A DNA stretch of 64,000 nt from Malacoraja senta (taxonomy: Eukaryota). The notes beneath the pieces were generated by a model that was given only the letters and a program-made list of their open reading frames with translations, made no database searches and was not told the origin of the DNA. The position numbers and the translations under genes are program-made. Shown here in pieces: positions 49,601-60,267 of the stretch (the first letter of the stretch is position 1; every line of letters starts with the position of its first letter). The stretch spans positions 1 through 64,000 of the forward strand of contig JAXLNO010000382.1 in NCBI GenBank assembly GCA_038087875.1, written 5' to 3'.

Positions 49601-52600
49601 CGCTGATGGTACTCGCCTCTGACCCGTAGAGAGACAACACAAAAAGCTGGAGTAACTCAGCGGGACAGGCCGCATCCTCAGAGAGGAGGAATGGGTGACG
49701 ATTCGGGTCGAGACCCTTCTCAAGTACAATAGGTAGAACGAAAGGGAAGATACAGATTGCAGAATATAGTTCTCAGCATTGTAGCACACCAGATCCAGAG
49801 ACAAAGTCCAATGTCCGCAATGGAGTAGAGGTGAATCCATATCCGCACCCACATCGGTGAATCACTGGAGAGAAGGAACAGGTGACATTTCGGGTCGAGA
49901 AGGGTCTCGACCTGCAACGTCACGCATTCCTATTCTCCAGAGATGCTGCCTGTCCCACTGAGTTACGCCAGCATTTTGCATCTATCTTCAGTTTAAACCA
50001 GCATCTGCAGTTCCTCCCTACACGCTTTGACCAGTACCAGCTCTCCAGTGAGCAGAATAGCCATGTTGCCAGCATCATCCCGGGCGGCACGGTGGCGCAG
50101 CGGTAGAGCTACTGCCTCACAGCGCCAGGGACCCGGGTTCCATCATGACCACGGGCTCTGTCTGTACGGAGTTTGTACAATCCCCCCGTGACCTGGATGG
50201 GTTTTCACAGAGATCTTCGTTTTCCTCCCACGCCCCAAAGATGTACAGGTTTGTTGGTTAATTGGCTTGGTGTAATTGTAAATTGTCCCTAGTGTGTGTG
50301 TAGTGTTAGTGTTAGTGTGCCGGGATCGCTGGTCGGTGCCGGTTTCCGCTGTAAAATCAAAACTAAACATCACCAACGACACGACAAAAGACATTTAGTG
50401 GAAAGATGCTGCTTTACATAAAGAATGACACAAAGTGCTGGAGTAACTCAGCGGGTCAGGCAGCATTTCCAGACAAAGTGGATAGGTGACGTTTCCTTTT
50501 GTGACCTTGCTTCAGACTGATAGTCAGAGGGGGAGCAGTGAGAGGGTCTCGCAGAACTCCTGTCGGAGAGAGGAGGAGAGGGTGATCCTCAATGTAGACA
50601 TACAAAGTCAACGAGGTCCTACTGCAGTTGGACAGGGCCATGGTGAGACCGCACCTGGAGTATTCTGTGCAGTTGCAATTTGAGGAATGACATTCTTGCT
50701 GTTGAAAGAGTGCAGCTTAGGTTCACCAGGTTAATTCCCGGGATGGCGAGACTGACATATGGCGAAAGAATGGATCAACTGGCCTTATATTCACTGGAAT
50801 TAGTGTCATAGAGTCATAGAGAGATACAGTGTGGAAACAGGCCCTTCGGCCCAGCTCGCCCACACCAGCCAACAAAGATCCAGCTACACTAGTCCCACTT
50901 GCCTGTGTTTGGTCCATATCCCTCCAAACCTGTCCTATCCATGTACCTGTCTGTTTCGTAAACGAGTTTGTTCCATACACCCAACATCCTCTGTATGAAA
51001 ATGTTACCCCTCAGATTCCTATTAAATCTTTTGCCCTTCACCTTGAACCCATGTCCTCTGGTCCTCAATTCCCCTACTCTGGGTAAAGGACTCTGTGCAT
51101 CTACCCGATCTATTCCTCACATGATTTTGTATACCTCTATAAGATCTCCCCTCATCCTCCTGGAATAGAGACCCAGCCTACTCAACCTCTCCCTATAGCT
51201 CACATCCTCTTGACCTGGCAACATCCTCGTAAATATTTTCTGAACCCTTTCAAGCTTGACAATATCTTTCCTATAACATGGTGCACAGAACTGAACACAA
51301 TATTCTAAATGTTGTCTCACCAACATCTTATACAACTGCAACATGATTTCCCAACTTCTATACTCAATACTCTGACTGATGAAGGCTAAATGCCAAAAGC
51401 CTTTTTGACCACCTTATCTACCTGCGACTCGACCTTCATGGAACCATGCACCTGTACTCCTAGATCCCTCTACAACACTACCCAGAGGCCTACCATTCAG
51501 TGTGTAGGTCCTGCCCTTGTTCGACGTCCCAAAATGCAACACCTCACACTTCTCTGTATTAAATTCCATCAACCATTCCTCCGCCCACGTGGCCAATCGA
51601 TCCAGATCCTGCTGCAATTGTTTCACAACCATCTTCACTATCTGCAAAACGGCTAACTTTTATATCATCAGCAAACTTGCTAATCTTGCCCTGTATGTTC
51701 ACATCCAAATCATTGATGTAGATGACAAACTGTACAGACCCAGCACTGAACCCTGAGGCACACCACTAGTCACAGGCCTCCAGTCTGTGAAGCAACCTTC
51801 CACCATCACCCTCTGCTTCCTTCCATGGAGCCAATTTGCATTCCATTCAGCTATCTCTCCTTGGATCCCATGCGATCTAACCTCCCAGAGCAGCCTACCA
51901 TGCGGAACCTTGTCGAACACCTTACTAAAGTCCATGTACACAACATCCACAGCTCTGCCCTCATCGACCTTTTGGCTCACATTTAAAAAAAAATCCATCA
52001 GATTTGTGAGACACGACCTCCCACGTACAAAACCATGCTGACTGTCCCTAATCAGCCCTTGTCCATCCAAATGCCTGTATAACCTATCCCTCAGAATACT
52101 CTCCAGTAACTTTCCAACTACACATGTTAAGCTCACCGGCCAATAGTTCCCAGCATTTTCCCTGCAGCCTTTCTTGAAAAGAGGCACAACATTGCCACCC
52201 TCCAGTCTACCGGCACCTCTCCTGTATTTAAGGATGACTCGTAAATTTTAACCAGGGCTCCCGCAATTTCCTCTCTAATTTCTCGCAATGTCCTCGGATA
52301 TATCTGATCAGGCCCTGGAGATTTGTCAACCGTCATACACGATAGTACCTTCAGTACTTCTTCGACAGTAACAGTGACTGCTCTCAAGACACTTCCATTG
52401 ACTGCCTCAAGTTCCTCCGTCCTCCCATCTTTCTCCTCGGTAAATACGGAAGAGAAATACTCATTGAGGACCTTGCCCATCTCCTGTGGCTCCACACAGA
52501 GGTCACCGCTTTGATTCCTGAGAGGTCCCACTCTCTCTCCAGTTACCCTTTTCCCCCTTACGTATTTATTAAATCTTTTGGGAATGTCCTTAATGCTACC

Positions 52601-52631
52601 CGCCAGAGCTATCTCCTGGCCAATTTTTGCC

Positions 52632-53155
52632 AGGACATTCTTGCCATAGAGGGAGTACAGAGAAGGTTCACCAGATTGATTCCTGGGATGTCAGGACTTT
52701 CATATGAAGAAAGACTGGATAGACTCGGCTTGTACTCGCTAGAATTTAGAAGATTGAGGGAGGATCTTATAGAAACTTACAAAATTCTTAAGGGGTTGGA
52801 CAGGCTAGATGCAGGTAGATTGTTCCCGATGTTGGGGAAGTCCAGAACAAGGGGTCACAGTTTAAGGATTAAGGGGAAATCCTTTGGGACCGAGATGAGA
52901 AAAACATTTTTCACACAGAGAGTGGTGAATCTCTGGAACTCTCTGCCACAGAAGGTAGTTGAGGCCAGTTCATTGGCTATATTAAGAGGGAGTTAGATGT
53001 GGCCCTTGAGGCTAAAGGGATCAGGGGGCATGGAGAGAAGGCAGGTACAGGATACTGAGTTGGATGATCAGCCATGATCATATTGAATGGCGGTGCAGGC
53101 TCAAAGGGCCGAATGGCCTACTCCTGCATCTATTTTCTATGTTTCTATGTTTCTA
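52632..53155 (+). mobile_element. CR1 3' fragment
   Basis: DILAIEGVQRRFTRLIPGM... with a (CTATGTTT)n tail. Confidence 0.88.
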
Positions 53156-53571
53156 TGTTTTGGTCCCCTAATTTGAGGAAGGACATTCTTGCTATTGAGG
53201 GAGTACAGCGTAGGTTTACAAGGTTAATTCCCGGGATGGCAGGACTGTCATATGCTGAGAGAATGGAGCAGCTGGGCTTGTACACTCTGGAGTTTAGAAG
53301 GGTGAGAGGTGATCTCATTGAAACATATAAGATTGTTAAATGCTTGGACACGCTAGAGGCAGGAAACATGTTCCCGATGTTGGGGGAGTCCAGAACCAGG
53401 GGCCACAGTTTAAGAATAAGTAGTAAGCCATTTAGAACGGAGATGAGGAAACACTTTTTCTCACAGAGAGTGGTGAGTCTGTGGAGTCTGAGGGCGATGG
53501 AGGCAGGTTCTCTGGATGCTTTCAAGAGAGAGCTAGATAGGGCTCTTAATAATGGAGGAGTCAGGGGATAT

Positions 53572-56117
53572 GCATCCACTGCTACGGAACATATAAGAAA
53601 TATGTTCGACAGACTCGAACTGATATCTCCGGACGCCCCCAAATTCATCATGGGTGACTTCAATCACTGTTCAATTGACAAGTCACTTAAAGGATTTTAC
53701 CAGTATGTCAATTGCACCACCCGTCTAGGGAAAACACTGGACAAATGCTATGGGTCAGTCCCAGAAGCCTACAGAGCCGTCTCCCTCCCTACCCTAGGCT
53801 CTGCTGACCACAGCAGCATACTGCTCGCTCCTGCCTACACACCTGTGGTAAAGAGAACAGAGAAAGTCATCAAGGACATCAAACAGTGGACACCGGACAG
53901 TATTGACAGGCTTCAATGGTGTTTTGAAACCACAGACTGGAATACCCTCACATCCTCCTCCAACACCAGTGAGCAAGCGGATACAGTCTCGGCATACATC
54001 ACTTTCTGTGTAGACAATATTATCCCCTCCAAGAAGGTCACAATCTTCCCTAACAATAAACCCTGGGTGACTAAAGATCTAAAAAACATATTGAATAAGA
54101 AAAAGAGAACATTTTTTACCGGTTCTGTAGCTGAGAAGAAGGAGGTAAACAGAGAGGTCAAGCGGGCCATAAAAATTGCCAAGCTGAAATACAAGAACAA
54201 GGTGGAGCAGACCTTTGTAAAAGGGAACCTCCGTGCGGCTTGGCAGGGCCTCAAGAACATGGCAGCAGTGAACTCTGTCTCTACCAGCCGTAAGCCCATT
54301 CAGGTAGCAGGATGCAGCTTCACTTCACTCCCGAATGATCTCAACTCCTTCTATACCAGATTTGAAAAGGACAACAGCACCCAGCTAGAATCAATCGTCT
54401 CCACACTCAGACCTGATGACTCCGGCCTCAACATCAACACATCAGAGGTGGTGAGAGCCCTCAAAAGGACTAAAAAGAACACAGCTCCAGGGCCAGACAA
54501 CATCTGTGGGCGGACCCTATGGCACTGTGCTGAGCAGCTGGGAGGTTTGTTCCAGCATCTGTTCCAGGGCTCTTTGACCAGCAGCACAGTCCCCGCGATG
54601 TGGAAAAACTCAACAGTGATTCCCGTCCCCAAGAAGGGCACCACCAAGGTCCTGAATGACCTTAGACCGGTGGCTCTCACCTCCCTGGTCATGAAGGCCA
54701 TGGAGAGGATCATCAAGGAGCCCATCACCAAGGCAACTGGCTCGATGATGGATCCATTGCAGTTTGCTTACCAGGCTGGCAGGGGTGTCGATGACGCAAA
54801 AATATTCATCTTAAACACCATCCATAAGCATCTGGAAATCCCCAAGACCACAGCCAGACTTCTGTTTGCAGACTTTTCATCAGCATTCAACACCATGCAG
54901 CCACATATTTTGGCTGAGAAGCTCATCACCCGCTTTCACCTCAACCACCAACTCACTCTGTGGATTATAGACTTCCTCACCAACAGATCACAGAGGGTGT
55001 TGGTGAACCATACCTTGTCCGACACCCTCTTCACCTTCACTGGCTCTCCACAAGGCTGTGTCCTCTCCCCACTTCTCTTCATTCTCTACACTGATGACTG
55101 CAGATCCACCCAGCCTAACTGCCACTTTGTAAAATTTGCTGATGACACAGTCCTCCTGTCTCTGCTTCCCAGCCATACACAACATCATAGCTCAGCCCTG
55201 CAGGACTTTATAGTATGGTGTGAAAAGTCTTGTCTTGAGCTAAATATAAGCAAAACCAAGGACATGATTGTGACCTTTTCCCCCCAACAGAGACAGATGG
55301 TTGAGGCAGCCACCACTATCATCCAGCAGGAGCCAGTGGAGATAGTGGAGGTATACAAATACCTGGGAACAGCCTTTGACAACCTACTAAGGTTTTCCTC
55401 TAACACAGAGGAAATCCTTAAAAAGTGCCATCAGAGACAGTACCTACTCAGGAAGCTGGTCATTTGGGATTAACAAAGACATTCTCACCACATTCTACTA
55501 CGCATTCATTGAAAATGTAATATCTTTCTCTTTCACTAGCTGGTTCCACTCCATCACCCTGCAAAACAGAATCCGCTTGTTGAATGTGGTCAAGGTCTGC
55601 TCAAAAATCATTGAGCAGCCCGTCCGAACTCTCACTGCCCTATGCGACCAACAGTCTGTAAAGTTAACACGCACGATTCTTCAGGACCCCTCTCACATCC
55701 TGTTTCCTGAGTTTGAGTGGCTCCCCTCAGGACGCAGACTTCGCTGTCCGGGTTGCCGGACACAGAGGAGGAAGGCAACCTTTATCCCCAGGGCTGTCCA
55801 GCTTCTTAATGCTGATCACTGACTCATGAACATATGAAATGAAATAACCTTCTATATGCACTTTTTAATTGAAGCAGTAAGGAAGCACTTTAAAAACTAT
55901 TACTATGTAAACTATTACTATGTGTTGAATGTTGATGTGCTGTGTGTTGTGTGATTGTGCAGTGTGTCTGTGAAATGCGTGTGTTGGTTGATTGTGGAGT
56001 ATGCGTGCTGCTTATGTTTGTTGATTGTGTCCCTTTAAAAAAAAAAGCTACTGTAATGCGCCCTTTTAAATTGCCCCTCAGGGGCGAATAAAGTGCTTTG
56101 ATTGATTGATTGATTGA
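53572..56117 (+). mobile_element. Rex1/Babar-clade LINE, 5'-truncated and young, inserted in a CR1 fragment (53156-56237)
   Basis: About 630 open codons (MGDFN, ADH..ILLAPAY, FPNNKPWVT, LFADFSSAFNT, PQGCVLSPLLFILYTDDC, KFADD); single frameshift near 55458; stop 55822; AATAAA plus (TTGA)n tail; gatatg on both flanks. Confidence 0.9.
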
Positions 56118-56369
56118 TATGGGGAGAAGGCAGGAACGGGGTACTGATTGGGGATGATCAGCCATGATCACATTGAATGGCGGTGCTGGCTCGAAGGGCC
56201 GAATGGCCTACTCCTGCACCTATTGTCTATTGTCTATTGCCCTTCTGATTTCCTTTTTTAGTTTACTCCTTAGTTTCCAAACCTCCTCCAGGGATGCACT
56301 TGATCCCAGGTACACAAAAATGCTGGAGAAACTCAGCGGGTGCAGCAGCATCTATGGAGCGAAGGAGAT

Positions 56370-56405
56370 AGGCAACGTTTCGGGCCGAAACCCTTCTTCA
56401 GACCC
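56370..56405 (-). ncRNA. Minimal hammerhead ribozyme motif (second PLE subfamily)
   Basis: GGGU-CUGAAGA-A-GGGU-UUCG-GCCC-GAAAC-GUU-GCCU; helix II closed by a UUCG loop; 4-bp helix I with G-U pairs. Confidence 0.7.
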
Positions 56406-59400
56406 AGGTCCCAGCTGCCTATACCTGTTCCATGCGTCTTTCTTGTTGTTGACTTAACATCTCAATTTCTCTCCTCTGGCAAGCTTCCTTACTTTGTCTG
56501 CTTTGCCCTTCACTCTAACGGGGACGTACACATCCTGAGCTTTCGTCAGTACACTTTTAAAAACATCCCACTTGGCCGATGTTCCTTTCCCCTCTAATAA
56601 CCTGCTCCAGTCAACTTGAGCGAGACCTTCTCGCATACCCTCAAAGTTGGCCTTACCCCAGTTGAGCATTTTAAAAGGCTGAAGAACGGTCTCGACCCGA
56701 AATGTCGCCAATTCCTTCTCTCTATAGATGCTGCCTCACCCGCTGAGTTATTCCAGCATTTTGTGTCTACATGAACATTTTAACATGTGGACCCTCTCCA
56801 TCCCCTTCCATATCTTAAACCTAATCAAACTGTGGTCACTGGTCCCAAAAGGCTCCTCCTCACACACTTCATTAACTTGCCTTTCCCAATTTCTCAATAC
56901 TAGATCCAGCGTTGCCCTCTCACGTGTGGGGGCCTCCACATACTGCTTAAGAAAACTCTCCTGAACACTTTTGAAGAATTGCACCCCATCTAAACCTTTC
57001 ACGCAATGATTTTTCCCAGTCTATATTGGGAAAGTTAAAATCCCCTACCACAACAACCTTATTTAACATGCAGCTGTCTGCAATCTCCCGGCACATTTGT
57101 TCTTCTCATTCCCGTTGACTATTCGGGAGTCTGTAAGAGAAGGTGATCATCCCTTTCCTGTTCCTCAGCTCCACCCATATAGCCTCCTTCTATCCAGAGA
57201 TGCTGCCTGTCCCGCTGAGTTATTTCAGGTTTTTGTGTCTATCTTCGGAGTAACTAAATCTCCTGGTGCCGGGTGACCTGCTCTCACAGATCCGGCATCG
57301 GTGGATATCTATTCACACACCCGGAACGATGCACGACTCCCACCCTGTCCTGGCCTGAGAACGCAGCTTCCAAAGGTCAACCTCCATTGACTCCATCTGC
57401 ACTTCACGCTGTCTCAGGAAAGCAGCCTACATGTCCCTCCACTTGTGGTCATTGCTTCTCCTCCCCACAGTATTATCTGTTTGGACAGCATGGAAACCAA
57501 TGTTTTGCACTGTTCCTCAGTACATGTGCTAAGAATAACCTTAAGTTAATAAAAATCAAAGAACCTTTCCTACCCTGGTCATTCCTTCTTCTCCCCGCTC
57601 CCATCCAGCAGAAGGTACAGAAGCTTGAAAGCGGACACCAACAGTCTCAGGAGCAGCTTCTTCCCCCGTGTTATCTAGTTTCTGAACGGTCCTTCCATAA
57701 GCTCGGGTACTGTCCGATTCACCTCTACCCCATTGCGGACATTGGACTTTGTCTCTGGAACTGCACTACAATGCTGAGAACTATATTCTGCACTCTATCT
57801 TCCCCTTTAATCTAACTATTGTTCTTGAGTTTGGCTTGTGTAATATTATCAGATTTGATTAGGTAGCATGCAAAACAAAAATTGTCACTGTACCTCGGTA
57901 CACGTGACAATAATAAACCTAAACTCTAGAGTTTAGAAGTGATTTTATTGCAGCACCAGATCTCCACAATAACCTTCACTCGAAGCACGAGGTCTGGCAG
58001 ACCTCCTCCGCGCAGCCACAGAAGATGCTCAATAAGGTGGTGGCGCAGCGGTAGAGTTGCTGGCTCACGGCGCCAGAGACCCGGGTTCGAGCCTGACCTC
58101 GGGAACTGTCTGTGTGTGAAGTTTGCACGTTCTCCCTGTGATCGCGTGGCTTTCCTCCGGGTGCTCCGGTTTCCCCCACATGCCACCGAATCGACCCCGA
58201 CCATCGAACACCCATTCACACTAGTTCTATGCTATCCCACTTTCTCATCCACTCGATACACACTAGTGGCAATTTACAGAGGGCCAATTAACCTACAAAC
58301 CCCCAAGTCTTTGGAGTGTGGGAGGAAACCGGAGCACCAGAGGAAACCCACCAGAGAACGTTCAAACTCCACACAGACAGCACCCAAGGTTAGATTATGA
58401 ACCCGGGTCTCTGTGCTCTACCCGCTGCACCACGTTATAAAACTGGAGCAACCTCCCAGGTTTGAATGGATAGCCATGGGTTTCTGGTGACAGTCACTTG
58501 CCCCCTTTTATCTGAAGATAATCGGTCAAGAACTGACCAAGCAAGATTTGCGTCAGCAGGAGACCTGATATAGAAGTATATAATATGATGATAAGAGGCA
58601 TACATATGGTAGACAGTCAGAAACTTTCTCCCAGCTTGGAAATGTCAAAGACTAGAGGCCACAGTGTTAAGGTGAAAGGTGACAAGTTTAATGGGAGATG
58701 TGTGGGGCAGGTTTATTTTACACAGAGGGTGGTGGATGCCTGGAACACGTTGCCAGGGGTGGTGGTGGAGGCAGATACGACAGTGTTTAAGATATGCTGG
58801 AAATGGTGGAGTATGGATCATGTGCAGGCAGAGGAGATTAGTTTAACTTGGTGGTGCACAAAAATGCTGGAGAAACTCAGCGGGTGAGGCAGCATCTATG
58901 GAGCGATGGAAATAGGCAACGGTTCGGGTTGAAAAGTCGCCTGTTTCCTTCGCTCCATAGATGCTGCCTCACCCGCTGAGTTTCTCCAGCATTTTTGTCT
59001 ACCTTCGATTTTCCAGCATCTGCAGTTTCTTCTTCAACAATTTAACTTGGTATCATGTTTAGCATGGACGTTGTTACAGTTCAGTTTATTGTCACGTGTA
59101 CCGAGGTACAGTGAAAAGCTTTTGTTGCGTGCTATCCAGTCAGCGGAAAGACAATACATGATTACAATCGAGCCATTTACAGTGTACAGATACATGATTG
59201 TGGGCCGAAGGGCCTGCTCCTGTGCTGCACTGTTCTATCAAGGAAGGAACTGCAGCTGCTGGTTTAAACCGAAGACAACATGCTAGAGTATCTCAGTGGA
59301 ACAGATAGAACCTCTGGAGAAGAGGAATGGGTGATGTTTTGGGTCGAGACCCTTCTTCAGACTGATTGCACTGTTCTATAAGGTCATAAGGAATAGGAGT

Positions 59401-60267
59401 AGTATTAGGCCATTGAACCCATCTAGTCTACCCCACCTTGATCTATCTTTCCCTCCTAACCCCAGTCTCCTGCTTTCTCCCCATAACCTCCGACACCCAT
59501 ACAAATCACGAATCTATCTATCCCTGCCTTAACAATATCCACTGACTTGGCCTCCACAACCTTCTGTGGCAAAGAATTCCACAGATTCACCACCCTCTGA
59601 CTAAAGACATTTCTCATCTCCTTCCTAAAAGAACGTCCTTCAATTCTGAGGCTATGGCCTCTAGTCCTAGACTCTCCCACTAATGGAAACATCCTCTCCA
59701 CATCCACTCTATCCAAGTCTTTCACTATTCTGTATGTTTCAATGAGGTCCCCACTCATTTTTCAAAAACTCCAGTAAGTACAGGCCCAGTGCCAACAAAC
59801 GCTCATCATATGTTAACCTACCAGGTCTAGAGGGTTGCCAGGGCTAGAGGGTCTGAGCTTTAGGGAGAGTTTGAGTAGGCTGGGTCTCAATTCCTTGGAG
59901 CATGGGAAGATGAGGGGAGATCTTAAAGAGGTGTATAAGATCATGAGAGGAATAAATCGGGTAGATGCACAGAGTCTCGTGCCCAGAGTAGGGGAATCGA
60001 GGACCAGATGACATAGGTTCAAGGTGAAGGGGAAAAGATTTAATAGGAATCTGAAGGGCAACGTTTTCACACAAATGGTGGTGGGTGTATGAAACAAGCT
60101 GCCAGAGGTGGTAGTTGAGGCTGGGACTATCCCAACGTTTAAGAAACAGTTAGACAGGTACATGGATAGGACAAGTTTGGAGGGATATGGGCCGAACGCA
60201 GGCAGGTGGGACTAGTGCAGCTGGGACATGTTGGCCGGTGTGGGCAAGTTGGGCCGAAGGGCCTGTT

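Larger units (their letters stand above)
50803..57180 (-). mobile_element. Older CR1 subfamily copy interrupted by nested insertions
   Basis: ORF2 remnants at 51117-52630 and 56238-57180; reading frame EIRRAK|IGQEIALAGSIKD is continuous once 52632-56237 is removed. Confidence 0.82.

Noticed and set aside
53074..55473. 799-aa fusion protein
   Set aside because: Chance in-frame junction of CR1 fragments and a Rex1 insertion; no evidence of a domesticated gene.
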